Source of the DNA: Acidimicrobiales bacterium | GTDB lineage: Bacteria > Actinomycetota > Acidimicrobiia > Acidimicrobiales > Poriferisodalaceae | Reading direction: 5' to 3' | Length of the DNA stretch: 64,000 nucleotides | Assembly: GCA_965231925.1 (NCBI GenBank) | Contig: OZ246894.1 | Location: 2,491,384 to 2,555,383 of the forward strand | Part shown: piece by piece, positions 34,633-44,534 of the stretch | How the letters are laid out: each line of letters begins with the position of its first letter | Position numbering within the stretch: the first letter of the stretch is position 1 | Made by a program: the position numbers and the translations under genes | The notes under the pieces: model-generated | Databases searched by the model: none | The model's input: the letters and a program-made list of their open reading frames with translations, nothing else | Told to the model about the DNA's origin: nothing

Positions 34633-36306
34633 ATGACAGCGGAGTGCGCCAAGCCGGTCCTGCTCGGCAACACGATGGACCGGCCGCTGCTGGTCTCGAC
34701 CCTCATCTCCTATGCGGCGCGCAGCCATGCTGACACCGATGTCGTGGCTGTCGACTCAGCCGGCGTCACGACGCGCAGCAGTTGGGCCCAGATCGGCAAG
34801 CGGGCGCACCTGCTGTCAGCCGCCCTGACCGCCGACGGCATCGCATCTGGCGAGCGGGTGGCCACGATTGCCTGCAACGACCACCGCCATCTCGAGGCCT
34901 ACTACGGCATCACCGGGATCGGCGCAGTGCTGCACACCGTCAACCCGCGGCTTCACGACGACCAACTGGCATACATCCTCAACGACGCCGCCGACAGCAT
35001 CGTGCTGGTCGACCAGTCCTTTGTCGACATCGCTGCGCGACTCGCTGCGCGCACGCCCTCGGTCCGCCGATGGGTGGTGCTCGGCCGTCCGGACACACCC
35101 GCGGGCCTGCCCGGCGAGATCGCGTATGAGGACTGGATTAGCGGCACCGCGGGACCCGCCGCGTGGCCTGAGTTCGACGAGCGCTCAGCTGCCACGCTCT
35201 GCTACACGTCGGGCACGACGGGCAACCCCAAGGGCGTCCTGCAAAGCCACCGCTCGATCGTGCTGCAGACGTGGGCGTGCTGCACCGGGGACGGACACGA
35301 CATCCACTCAGGCCACGCCGTGCTCGGCGCCGTTCCGATGTTCCATGTGAACGGCTGGGCGCTGCCGTTCGCCACAGCGATGAGCGGCGCGAAGCTCGTG
35401 CTGCCAGGACCCGACCTGAGCCCTCAAGCGCTCGTCGACCTGATCGAAGCCGAAGACGTCACGTTCTCGGCCGGTGTTCCCACGATCTGGCTGGGCGTCG
35501 TGCAGTACCTCCAGGACACTGGTCGCACCGTGCCGTCATTGGAGAAGGTCGCGGTCGGCGGCTCGGCCGCGCCCCGGGTGCTCACCGACACGCTCGAAGA
35601 CGACTACGGCGTCACGGTCAGCCATGTCTGGGGCATGACCGAGATGACCCAGGGCACCTCGGGGCGCTTCACCCATCGAGTCCAGCGCGCCAGCCGTGAC
35701 GATCAGCGAGCCCGCCAGGCGAAGGCCGGCCGCGAGCTGTACGGCATCGAACTGCGGGTGGTCGACGAGCAGGGCAAAGCCTTGCCTCATGACGGTCGCA
35801 GTGTCGGCGAGATCCAGGCACGCGGTCCATGGATGTGCGGCGCGTACTACCTCGGCGAGCTTGCAGAGCCCGGCGCATTCGCCGAGGGGCACCTGCCTTC
35901 CTCCGACGGTGGCTGGCTGCGAACTGGCGACGTCGGCGCATTGGACCCAGAGGGCTACCTGACACTGACCGACCGCTCCAAAGATGTGATCAAGAGCGGC
36001 GGCGAGTGGATCAGCTCGATCGAGCTGGAGAACGCCGCCCTCGCTGCGCCCGGCGTCGCGGCCGCCGCGGTCATCGGCCTGCCGCACGAACGCTGGGGCG
36101 AGCGCCCGTTGCTCGTCGTCGAGCTGGCCGACGGCGCGGTGCTCGACGCCGACGCCGTCGTGGATGCGATCCGACCGCGTGTGGCGTCGTGGTGGCTGCC
36201 CGACGACATCGTTGTCACAGACGAGATCCCGTTGACCGGCACCGGCAAGATCGACAAAAGGGCTCTGCGTACGAGCCACGCAGGACACGCGTGGCCCCAG
36301 CGGTAG
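34633..36306 (+). CDS. Acyl-CoA synthetase / long-chain fatty-acid-CoA ligase (AMP-binding)
   Basis: YTSGTTGNPKGV, WGMTE, TGD...DPEGYL.L.DR.KD.IK.GGEWIS, GKIDK. Confidence 0.85.
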   Translation: MTAECAKPVLLGNTMDRPLLVSTLISYAARSHADTDVVAVDSAGVTTRSSWAQIGKRAHLLSAALTADGIASGERVATIACNDHRHLEAYYGITGIGAVLHTVNPRLHDDQLAYILNDAADSIVLVDQSFVDIAARLAARTPSVRRWVVLGRPDTPAGLPGEIAYEDWISGTAGPAAWPEFDERSAATLCYTSGTTGNPKGVLQSHRSIVLQTWACCTGDGHDIHSGHAVLGAVPMFHVNGWALPFATAMSGAKLVLPGPDLSPQALVDLIEAEDVTFSAGVPTIWLGVVQYLQDTGRTVPSLEKVAVGGSAAPRVLTDTLEDDYGVTVSHVWGMTEMTQGTSGRFTHRVQRASRDDQRARQAKAGRELYGIELRVVDEQGKALPHDGRSVGEIQARGPWMCGAYYLGELAEPGAFAEGHLPSSDGGWLRTGDVGALDPEGYLTLTDRSKDVIKSGGEWISSIELENAALAAPGVAAAAVIGLPHERWGERPLLVVELADGAVLDADAVVDAIRPRVASWWLPDDIVVTDEIPLTGTGKIDKRALRTSHAGHAWPQR

Positions 36307-36507
36307 CACGATCCTGCCGACTGGCCCTGCGAACCCGCGGGTAGCATGACAGCCGGATTGCGCTGACCGGTCTGCCGTGTCGGCGCGCACGCCGCTCCGG
36401 CGGACTGAGGCACAGCGGCGCCAAGCGAGATCACGAACCGCTCGGCGCCGGGGCATGCCCCATGTGCCGGTTCCCGATCCCCCGTATCCCCACAGTGAGG
36501 TGATGTC

Positions 36508-36810
36508 ATGGCTGCTGGTCGCACGACGTTCGAGAAACTGCAGAGGGACCGGGCCAAGAAGGCAAAGGCCGAGGCCAAGCGCGCCAAGCGCATGGGCAAG
36601 ATCCCCCAGAGCGGACCACTTGTCGCCGAGACGGACGAGCCCGATGGCACTGGCGCCGTGCTCGACGGCAACCTCGACGAGGAACTGTCGGCCGCGGACC
36701 TGATTCGTCTCGTCGAAGAGGTGCAGAACCAGTTCGACAACGACGAGATCAGCTTCGACGAGTACGAGGAACGCAAGATCGAGCTCCTCGCGCGCCTTCC
36801 CACCGACTGA
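36508..36810 (+). CDS. Small hypothetical protein with a basic N-terminus and SHOCT-like C-terminus (ISFDEYEERKIELLARL)
   Basis: ATG is preceded by GTGAGGTGA. Good codon bias. Confidence 0.55.
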   Translation: MAAGRTTFEKLQRDRAKKAKAEAKRAKRMGKIPQSGPLVAETDEPDGTGAVLDGNLDEELSAADLIRLVEEVQNQFDNDEISFDEYEERKIELLARLPTD

Positions 36811-36829
36811 TCACGTCGCCATTGCGGCC

Positions 36830-36847
36830 ACGAGCCGTCGGGCTCGT
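36830..36847 (+). terminator. Hairpin ACGAGCC-GTCG-GGCTCGT followed by TCTCTGCT
   Basis: Read directly, 20 nt after the stop at 36810. Confidence 0.45.
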
Positions 36848-36858
36848 TCTCTGCTAGA

Positions 36859-38271
36859 GTGACTATCGTGAAACAAGTCACTCCCCCGACCGCTGCCCGC
36901 GTCTCGCGGCAAGCATGGAAGGTGCTCGGCGCGACAGCGCTCACCAACTTCGTGGTGGGGCTCGACCTGTCGATCACCAATGTCGCCGTTCCTGACATCG
37001 GTCGGGAGTTCATCAGCGCCAGCACCGCTGACACCTCATGGGTGCTGACCTTCTACATGGTCACCTTCGCGGGCTTCCTGGTCGTGGCCGGACGCTGGGC
37101 CGATCGGTTCGGCCGTCTGCGAATGCTCAACATCGGCATCACCTGCTTCGTGGTCGGCGCCGGACTGGCCGCTGCGGCACCCTCGCTGCCGATACTCATC
37201 GTGATGCGCGGGCTGCAAGGGGTCGGCGCGGCGATGATGGCCCCGGCATCGCTCGGGCTTGCGGTCGCCGCGTGGCCGATCGAACGGCGCGGCACTGCGG
37301 TTGCTGTCTGGAGCTCGACGCTCGCGCTGTCGACCGCGGTCGGTCCCGTCGTCGGTGGCCTTCTCATCGAATACGGCTCTTGGCGTTGGGCCTACGCCCT
37401 GAATGTCCCTGTGGCCATCGTTGCGCTGGTTTGGGGCATCGCAGTGCTGACCGAGAGCGTGCGTCAACCCGAATCCGGCACCCCTGACCTCGTCGGAGCG
37501 GCGCTGCTCGGCGGCGCGACAGGCGGCCTTGCGCTGGCAATCGTTCAGGGACAGGAATGGGGATGGGCCTCACCGGCGGTGCTCGGCTTGCTGGTGATGT
37601 GCGCGGCGTCGATCGTCGCCGTTGCCCGGCGCTCCGCTCGGCATCCGGCGCCCATCGTGCCGCGAGCCCTGCTGGCCGTCTCATCGTTCCGCATCGCGTT
37701 CACGTCGCTCTTCCTGTTCGGTCTCGGCTTCTTCGCGTCGCTGCTGGCCATGGTGCTCTACTTCACCGAGATTGCCGGATACTCCACCGTTACCGTGGGC
37801 ATCGCGATCGTCACGCTGCCCGTCACGGCCTTGGTGTCGGCAAATGTGAGCGGGCCGCTTGCGGATCGTTTCGGATTTCGAGCCGTCGTGATCCCCGGAT
37901 TGCTGCTGTTCACCCTGGGTGCGCTGTGGCTGTGCGTGCGAGCGGGACCCGATCCGCACTACCTGGTCGATGTGCTTCCAGCTCTGCTGCTGCTGGGGGC
38001 CGGCATCGGCGCCGGGCCAGCCATCCTGAACGGGGCGGCGGTCTCCGAGGTCAACCCTGCGCACTTCAGCGTCGCCGGTGCCGTCGCCCAGACAGCGCGT
38101 CAGCTCGCTGGGGCAATCGGCGTCGCCATCCTGGTAGCGATCCTCAGTACCGGCGCATCTGGCGAGCCCACGATCAGCACCTTCCGCTGGGCGTTCGCCT
38201 ACCTCGGATCCGCCGCACTCTTGGCGAGCCTGGTGGCCACGCGGCTGCCTGCCAGGCCTTCTGCTGGCTGA
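36859..38271 (+). CDS. MFS transporter, DHA2 (EmrB/QacA-like, ~14 TMS) family
   Basis: Many hydrophobic segments. Motif GRWADRFGRLRM and the C-motif-like GPVVGGLL. Confidence 0.8.
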   Translation: MTIVKQVTPPTAARVSRQAWKVLGATALTNFVVGLDLSITNVAVPDIGREFISASTADTSWVLTFYMVTFAGFLVVAGRWADRFGRLRMLNIGITCFVVGAGLAAAAPSLPILIVMRGLQGVGAAMMAPASLGLAVAAWPIERRGTAVAVWSSTLALSTAVGPVVGGLLIEYGSWRWAYALNVPVAIVALVWGIAVLTESVRQPESGTPDLVGAALLGGATGGLALAIVQGQEWGWASPAVLGLLVMCAASIVAVARRSARHPAPIVPRALLAVSSFRIAFTSLFLFGLGFFASLLAMVLYFTEIAGYSTVTVGIAIVTLPVTALVSANVSGPLADRFGFRAVVIPGLLLFTLGALWLCVRAGPDPHYLVDVLPALLLLGAGIGAGPAILNGAAVSEVNPAHFSVAGAVAQTARQLAGAIGVAILVAILSTGASGEPTISTFRWAFAYLGSAALLASLVATRLPARPSAG

Positions 38272-38297
38272 ACCCCGACATTTGGTACCTTGAATCT

Positions 38298-38642
38298 ATG
38301 AAACGCAAGAGTTTCGGGCACATGGCGTGTCCGATCGCGCAGTCGCTTGAGCTCGTGGGCGAGTGGTGGACCCCGCTGATCCTGCGCGACACAGTGCTCC
38401 TGGGACTCTCCCGTTTCGATGACATCCAGAACAATCTCGGCATCGCTCCCACGGTGCTGACGAGTCGACTCAGCCACCTCGTCGAGAGCGGTCTGCTCGA
38501 ACGGCGCCAGTATTCAGAACGCCCGCCTCGCTTCGAGTACATCCCCACCGAGGCCGCTCTGGACTTCAAGCCGGTTCTGGGAGCGCTGGAGAACTGGGGA
38601 CAGAAGTGGGCCCCTCGCCGCTCGGCCCAGGCACACACCTGA
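38298..38642 (+). CDS. HxlR-family winged-helix transcriptional regulator
   Basis: CPIAQSLELVGEWWTPLILRD...F.D....LGIAP.VL..RL..L...GLLERR.Y...PPR.EY..T. Confidence 0.8.
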   Translation: MKRKSFGHMACPIAQSLELVGEWWTPLILRDTVLLGLSRFDDIQNNLGIAPTVLTSRLSHLVESGLLERRQYSERPPRFEYIPTEAALDFKPVLGALENWGQKWAPRRSAQAHT

Positions 38643-38722
38643 CCGTCGCTGCATGACAGCCAGTGCGTGTCGCTTCCTCTTATGCGGCTCGCACCAGCGC
38701 CTGGTGTTCGGGCGTCTCGTGT

Positions 38723-39331
38723 TCAGATGTTGCGGCGGTGAACCGAGACGGCGTAGTCGCCGCCGTCGAACGGGGCGCCTTCCCACGTCGAGAAGCGGGC
38801 TTCGAGTTCCAGACCGTTGCGTTCGGCGAGTGCGTCGTATACGTGCAACTGCATGTACCCGTCGCTGAGCTGGAAGCCCGCCACGAGCACGCCGCCCGGG
38901 TGCAGGTGTGCTGCGATGTTGGCAACGACTGCGGCTTCAGTGCCGCGTTCGAGGAAGATCATCACGTTGCCCGCGGCAACGACAGCATCAAAACTGCGCC
39001 GCTCTCCGGCTTCGTCTGCGACGACCGTGCCAGCAAGATCGCCCTCGATCCATGGCAAGCCGGGCGCCTTGTCCCTCGACAGGTCGAGCATCGCGGGGTC
39101 GAGATCGACGCCGACCACGTCGAAGCCGCGCTGGGCCAGCTCAATGGCCACGCGGCCGGTCCCGCAGCCGGCATCGAGCACGCTGCCGCCTCGTGGCGTC
39201 AGCGAGTCGACCAGGTCAGCCTCGCCATGGACGGATTCGCCGCGCGCTGCCTTGCGTGCCCAGCGGTCGTCGTACGCGGCACCGCGGGGAATGTCGCCGC
39301 GTTCGGCCCAGCGGCTCAGCGGTCCTCCCAA
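38723..39331 (-). CDS. Class I SAM-dependent methyltransferase
   Basis: VLDAGCGTGRVAIELAQRGFDVVGVDLD motif I. Confidence 0.75.
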   Translation of the reverse strand: MGGPLSRWAERGDIPRGAAYDDRWARKAARGESVHGEADLVDSLTPRGGSVLDAGCGTGRVAIELAQRGFDVVGVDLDPAMLDLSRDKAPGLPWIEGDLAGTVVADEAGERRSFDAVVAAGNVMIFLERGTEAAVVANIAAHLHPGGVLVAGFQLSDGYMQLHVYDALAERNGLELEARFSTWEGAPFDGGDYAVSVHRRNI

Positions 39332-40098
39332 TTCGGATCGCGCCGCTCAGCGAATGCAGTAGCTCCTTCGATGGCGTCCGCCGATGCAAAGACGTCCTCG
39401 AGCGCCGGCTGTTGGAACGCCCAGAAGTCGTCCTCGGCCACGCCCAGCACGTTGCGGATCAGCGCCTTGGAGGCACGGACACCTTTCGGCGCGTTACGGG
39501 CGATGCGCTCGCCGAGTTCGACGGCCACGTTGACCGCCTCGCCCTTGGGACAGACCCGGTTGACCATGCCGTGTTCGTGGGCAACTTCGGCGGTGATCGG
39601 CTCAGCGGTCAACGCCATCTCCATGGCGAGGCTGTAAGGAAGCTGGCGCGGCAGGCGCAGCAGCGCGCCGGCACCCGCGAACAGACCCACGCCCACCTCG
39701 GGAATGCCGAGCATCGTGCCCTCCGACGCCACGATGAGATCGCACGACAGCGCCACCTCGAGGCCTCCGGCCAAGGCGAAACGCTCCACGGCGGCGATGA
39801 GCGGCTTGGCCGCGCTGCGCTCGGCGATGCCGCCAAAGCCACGCCCGGCCGGGTTCGGCATCGCGTCGATTCCGCCGCCGCTGACGAACGCCTTGAGGTC
39901 CATGCCGGCGCTGAATCCCCGCCCAGCGCCGGTGATCACACCGACACGAGCGTCGGGATTGGCATCAAGGGCGTCCAGCGCTTCTCCGAGCGCCTCCGAC
40001 AGCGCCATGTTGAATGCATTCATCGCATCCGGCCGGTTCAACGTGAGGATCTGCACGTAACCGCGCTGTTCGACCAGGACCAGGGGTTCTTCGCTCAC
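39316..40098 (-). CDS. Enoyl-CoA hydratase/isomerase (crotonase) family
   Basis: ILTLNRP...NA, ITGAGRGFSAGMDL, GGLE.AL.CD. Confidence 0.85.
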   Translation of the reverse strand: MSEEPLVLVEQRGYVQILTLNRPDAMNAFNMALSEALGEALDALDANPDARVGVITGAGRGFSAGMDLKAFVSGGGIDAMPNPAGRGFGGIAERSAAKPLIAAVERFALAGGLEVALSCDLIVASEGTMLGIPEVGVGLFAGAGALLRLPRQLPYSLAMEMALTAEPITAEVAHEHGMVNRVCPKGEAVNVAVELGERIARNAPKGVRASKALIRNVLGVAEDDFWAFQQPALEDVFASADAIEGATAFAERRDPNWEDR

Positions 40099-40130
40099 CG
40101 AAACTCCTTTATCGAAGCGGGCGCATCGGT

Positions 40131-41849
40131 ATGCGCCCGAAGGTCACACCGCCGCAGTGGCGCCAGGGCCCCGGCAGCGGTTCCGGCGCCGACAGTAGCC
40201 TCGCAGCGCGGCCAGGGGCCAAACGGATCCCCGACGCATGGGCTCGGTCGGAGGGCGGCATGGACGGCGAGGGCACGGAGAACCCGGGTACGGCCGGGGG
40301 CGACTCGGCGGCGGACGGTGTCGGCGACCTGCTGGCCCGGATCGAGATGGCGGAGCCTGCCGAAATTCCGATGCTGGTCCAGTTGCTGGCGCGCACGCCC
40401 GAACTGCAACAGGCCCAGGGAGCGAATGCACTGCGAGCGGCTCGAGCGCTCAGCGTTCACGGCGGCCCGCAGATGTTCTCCATTGCTGGCGAGCTGGCTG
40501 CGCGCGCTCACCGCGAGGGCGTGCCGGGCGCCGGTGCCGTCTTCGCCGAATGCGCCGACAAGATGAGCCTGCTGAGTGGCAGGCCCCAGCAATTCGGGAC
40601 CGTCGTCACCACGCACCTGGGCGACTTGGCGCTGGCACCCGTCGACGGCAGCGTCGACGACGAGGCCCGCGCCCGCATTGGCCTGCCGACATTGGCGCAG
40701 CGCCGCACCGAGATCGACCGTCGCAACCGTGAGCTGGCTCGCGAGCGCGCCGAAGAAGGCGGACTTCCGCCGGGTCAACGCCTCTGCCGCGTCTGGCGTG
40801 ATCCGAGCCCTGCATTCCTCGAAGAGCGGCTCGAGGCGGACCCTGCCGGCTGCTGGGATGACGGCGACGAGCTCACCTTCGCCTGCCGCAGCGATGCCGC
40901 CGGCGTGCTGCCCGGACCGGTCATCGAGCTGCCGATGTGGCGGGTCGGCGGCGACAGCAGTGACGGGGCCAGGGACGGGGCTCGCAGCGACCTGTGGGCG
41001 CTCAGCGTGCGCATCGAACGCCTCGGAGAAGCGGTGATCGGCTATGGCTTCTGGCCGCTTGACGACGCCGGGAGCCTGCTGGGCGGCCAGCGCGGCCCGG
41101 TGCCGCACCGGTTCCGCGGGCCCGAGGCACCCGCCGAATTGCCCTCGCACCCCGACGACGAGCTGCGCGGGGAAATCCAGGAGCACACCGTCGACAGCAC
41201 GTCACTTCGCTCGAAGCGCAAGGTGACGGTGTACCTGCCGCCTCAGCACTCCCCCGCAGAGCCCTTGCCCGTGCTGTATGCCACTGACGGCGGCATGATC
41301 GGCCCGTACATTCGCCGGCTCGACGCCGGCATCACCAACGAAACGGTGCCCCGCTTCGTTCTGGTCGCCGCACACTCCGCGCCGATGGGCGGTTATGGGA
41401 ATGAACGGGCCATGGAGTACCTGCCGGGCTTCGACAACGACCGTTTCGACCGCCACCAGCGCTTCTTCGTCGAAGAGCTGACCGCCTGGGCTGAGCAGTC
41501 CTTCGGCGTCTCGGGCGACCGCAGCCAGCGCGGCGTGTTCGGCGCATCCGACGGCGGAGGTCACGCTCTCGCCGTCGGTCACATGCACCGCGACAAGTTC
41601 GGTCACGCCATGGCGTATTCCACCGGCATGCCACCGAACGAGCAGATGAACTGGAACGCCGCCGAAGCTCCGTTCGTGCACCTGTGTGCCGGCACTCTCG
41701 AGGGCGGTTTCCACCAGGCCACCGAGGCGTGGGCAGCGTGGCTGCACTTCGCAAAATCGCCGCACGACTGGACCGAGCGCGTCTGCGGCCACGACCTCAT
41801 CCAATGGATCGAAGAGCTGCCCCGCGCTGTTGCACGCGCCTGGGGCTGA
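40131..41849 (+). CDS. Two-part protein: uncharacterised N-terminal region plus C-terminal esterase (enterochelin-esterase/esterase D-like alpha/beta fold)
   Basis: C-terminal half: VTVYLPP...PLPVLYATDG...FGASDGGGHAL. Start is uncertain (ATG 40131 or 40260). Confidence 0.6.
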   Translation: MRPKVTPPQWRQGPGSGSGADSSLAARPGAKRIPDAWARSEGGMDGEGTENPGTAGGDSAADGVGDLLARIEMAEPAEIPMLVQLLARTPELQQAQGANALRAARALSVHGGPQMFSIAGELAARAHREGVPGAGAVFAECADKMSLLSGRPQQFGTVVTTHLGDLALAPVDGSVDDEARARIGLPTLAQRRTEIDRRNRELARERAEEGGLPPGQRLCRVWRDPSPAFLEERLEADPAGCWDDGDELTFACRSDAAGVLPGPVIELPMWRVGGDSSDGARDGARSDLWALSVRIERLGEAVIGYGFWPLDDAGSLLGGQRGPVPHRFRGPEAPAELPSHPDDELRGEIQEHTVDSTSLRSKRKVTVYLPPQHSPAEPLPVLYATDGGMIGPYIRRLDAGITNETVPRFVLVAAHSAPMGGYGNERAMEYLPGFDNDRFDRHQRFFVEELTAWAEQSFGVSGDRSQRGVFGASDGGGHALAVGHMHRDKFGHAMAYSTGMPPNEQMNWNAAEAPFVHLCAGTLEGGFHQATEAWAAWLHFAKSPHDWTERVCGHDLIQWIEELPRAVARAWG

Positions 41850-41901
41850 GCGGCTGGCCGCGGGGCACTGTGCGCATGACGAACTGGTGCTCTAGGAACC
41901 A

Positions 41902-42747
41902 TTGGTCATCTCCCCCACACCGGATGGCAACGTGATCGACGAGCTGGTCACCGTGGACGGTCACGTGCAGCTCGACGCCGTCGGCATCGCATACCGCAAG
42001 ATCTCTCCTGGAGGCACCGGCACCGGGCACCAACACGGCAGCGCAAGCCCCGTGATCGTGATGTTGCACGAGGGCCTCGGCAGCATCACCCAATGGCGGG
42101 AACTGCCCGAAGTGCTGGCGCGCCGATGTGGGCTCGACGTCATCGCCTACGACCGCAGCGGCTACGGACGCTCAGACCCGGTGCCCGAGACCTACAGCGA
42201 CGGGTTCATGGAGCGCGAGGCCACCGAAGTGCTGCCCGCAGTGCTCCACGAACTCGGTGTCCGCTCGCCCGTGCTCATCGGGCACAGCGACGGAGCATCC
42301 ATCTCGCTGATAGCAGCGGGACTGGAATCAGTCGTGCCGCTCGGCGTGGCCGTGATCGCGCCGCACTCGTTCATCGAGGACGTCTGCATCGATGGCATTC
42401 GTGCCATCGACAGCCAGCGCGAGCCGGTCATCTCCGGGCTCGCCCGTCACCACGACCACCCGCGCCTCGCATTCGAACGTTGGCGAGACGTCTGGCTGAC
42501 CCCGCAGTTTCGCGACTGGGACATCAGGCCGCTGATCGAGCGCATCGCCTGCCCGGTCCTGGTGCTTCAGGGCGAGGGCGACCAGTACGGCACCGAGGCG
42601 CAGGTGTCCACAATCGTCCGCTCAGCGCCTGATGCCAGGGGCCACCTGCTGGCCGACTGCGGCCATGTCGCTCATCGCGACCAGCCCGAGCGGATCGCCG
42701 ACTACTTGGTGGGGTTCGTCTCGGAGTGCGTGCCTGCGGGTTCGTGA
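41902..42747 (+). CDS. Alpha/beta hydrolase
   Basis: VMLHEGLGS, GHSDGAS nucleophile elbow, C-terminal GHVAHRD. TTG start. Confidence 0.7.
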   Translation: MVISPTPDGNVIDELVTVDGHVQLDAVGIAYRKISPGGTGTGHQHGSASPVIVMLHEGLGSITQWRELPEVLARRCGLDVIAYDRSGYGRSDPVPETYSDGFMEREATEVLPAVLHELGVRSPVLIGHSDGASISLIAAGLESVVPLGVAVIAPHSFIEDVCIDGIRAIDSQREPVISGLARHHDHPRLAFERWRDVWLTPQFRDWDIRPLIERIACPVLVLQGEGDQYGTEAQVSTIVRSAPDARGHLLADCGHVAHRDQPERIADYLVGFVSECVPAGS

Positions 42748-43616
42748 CCGAGCACGGTCGCCAGCGCGTCAGAGGCGATCACGTCAGGCGCCTCGAAGGG
42801 CCCGAAGTGCCCCAGCCCGTGATACGTGATCAGCTTCGAGTTGGGCAGAGCCTCGTGCGCCGGCACGCCGATGTCCTCAAAGGTCATCTCCAGGCCCTTG
42901 CCGATGACCACCGGAGTAGCGCTGCCTTCCAGGCGAGCAGTGGTCGAGACCCATTCGCCGTCGTAGGTCGCTGCCTCGTCCGCGGCGCGGCAGCGCAGCC
43001 GCACAGAGCCATCGGGCAGGTCTTCGAATCCGTTTGCGAGATAGCTCGCCAGCGCATCGGCTCGCACGCCGCCGAATGGCGGGCGGGAGGCGAATCGCTC
43101 GAAGGCTTCGCCCCGTGAGGCGAACTCCTCCCGGCGCTTCGTGGTGAGAGCGATCAACGGGTTCTCACCCGGGCCGAATTGATCTTCGAGACGCCACACG
43201 ACCGGCTCGTAGCCGTACATGCGCCCGATGGTGCCGGGCCGCAGCGTGTCGGCCAGCAGCAGAGTGGCCGCGCCGATCGAATGGCCGACACAGTCCAACT
43301 CCCCCTGGGCGATCCCCAAGTGGTCGACGATCCCCAGCAAGTCGGCTGCCAGCGTCGTCCACAAGAAGTCCCGATCAACGGGCGGCGGACTCCAGCCGTG
43401 GGCGCGAAGATCAGGCGCCCAGACGGTGAAGTGCTCGGTCAGGCGGCTCGTCAGCGGTCCGTAGGTTCGGCCGTTGAAACCCGTGGCATGCACGAACAGC
43501 AGCGGCGGCCCATCGCCGCCCAGGCAGTGCAGTGCGAGCTCGACGCCGTCGGCCACTTCGACCATCTCGGGCGCCGGCACGCCACCGGCAGGACCACTCA
43601 TGGCTGTGGGACCCAT
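42702..43616 (-). CDS. Alpha/beta hydrolase
   Basis: LLFVHATGFNG, VGHSIGAAT, GLGHFGP. Confidence 0.7.
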   Translation of the reverse strand: MGPTAMSGPAGGVPAPEMVEVADGVELALHCLGGDGPPLLFVHATGFNGRTYGPLTSRLTEHFTVWAPDLRAHGWSPPPVDRDFLWTTLAADLLGIVDHLGIAQGELDCVGHSIGAATLLLADTLRPGTIGRMYGYEPVVWRLEDQFGPGENPLIALTTKRREEFASRGEAFERFASRPPFGGVRADALASYLANGFEDLPDGSVRLRCRAADEAATYDGEWVSTTARLEGSATPVVIGKGLEMTFEDIGVPAHEALPNSKLITYHGLGHFGPFEAPDVIASDALATVLGHEPAGTHSETNPTK

Positions 43617-43633
43617 GTGCTAGCCATGCGCGC

Positions 43634-44386
43634 ATGAGTACTACAGACACCGGAACGGATGCTGACACACCACCCGATCTCGAGTTCTTCTGGGACCCGG
43701 TGTGCCCGTTTGCATGGATCACGTCGCGCTGGGTCGAAAAGGTGGTTGCCCAGACCGGCTACACGGTGGACTGGCGCTTCATCTCGCTGCGCGTCCTGAA
43801 CAAGGACCGGGACTATGCCAAAGACTTCCCGGCCGGGTATGAGCAGGGGCACACCGCCGGGCTGCGGATGCTGCGGGTCGCCGCCAAAGTACGAGCGGAT
43901 CTCGGCCGCAACGTCATGGGGCCGCTGTACGACGCGATGGGTCAGCACTACTGGGAGATGCCGAAGGGATCAGGCTTGCGAGACCGCATCGGCACCGCGG
44001 AGCACACCGCTGGAGCGCTGGCCACCGCCGGACTGCCGACCGAGTATGCGCTCGCAGTCGACGACGACTCCTGGGATGCCGAAATCGAGGCGGAAACCGA
44101 GCTCGCCCTGAGCCGCACCGGGCGTGACGTGGGCACACCGATCATCACGTTCGAGCCGCCCGACGGATTGTCCTTCTTCGGACCGGTGATCTCGCGAGTC
44201 CCATCGGACGAGCAAGCGGTGCCGTTGTGGAACGCGGTCATCGAGCTGGCCCGCTTCCCCGGTTTCGCCGAACTGAAGCGATCACTGCGCGAGGCACCGC
44301 AGCTCAACGTGCTGGGCACCGTCACCGATGCGCCCGAGATGGAGGATTGGGAAGCCGGCTCCCGCAAGGCACACAAACCCAGCTGA
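43634..44386 (+). CDS. DsbA-like thioredoxin-fold protein
   Basis: ATG 43634. FFWDPVCPFAWITSRW motif. Confidence 0.6.
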   Translation: MSTTDTGTDADTPPDLEFFWDPVCPFAWITSRWVEKVVAQTGYTVDWRFISLRVLNKDRDYAKDFPAGYEQGHTAGLRMLRVAAKVRADLGRNVMGPLYDAMGQHYWEMPKGSGLRDRIGTAEHTAGALATAGLPTEYALAVDDDSWDAEIEAETELALSRTGRDVGTPIITFEPPDGLSFFGPVISRVPSDEQAVPLWNAVIELARFPGFAELKRSLREAPQLNVLGTVTDAPEMEDWEAGSRKAHKPS

Positions 44387-44399
44387 GCGATGTGGACCC

Positions 44400-44476
44400 G
44401 CTGCGGCGGCGGCAGGGCCCTCTGCTCCCGGATCCGGCAGGTCCAACGTCGCAGAGTTCCCTGCCGCCGCCGCAGC
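44400..44476. repeat. Structured palindromic intergenic element, copy 1 (18-bp perfect outer stem, conserved ~40-nt core)
   Basis: GCTGCGGCGGCGGCAGGG ... CCCTGCCGCCGCCGCAGC enclose CCCTCTGCTCCCGGATCCGGCAGGTCCAACGTCGCAGAGTT. An inner CTCTGC/GCAGAG stem is present. It lies 14 nt after the stop at 44386, in a convergent gap. Confidence 0.85.
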
Positions 44477-44534
44477 TTGTGCTGTTGTGCCTTTAGCTGG
44501 GCGTGCGCAGCTTGGGGCCTCAGGGGCACAGGGC

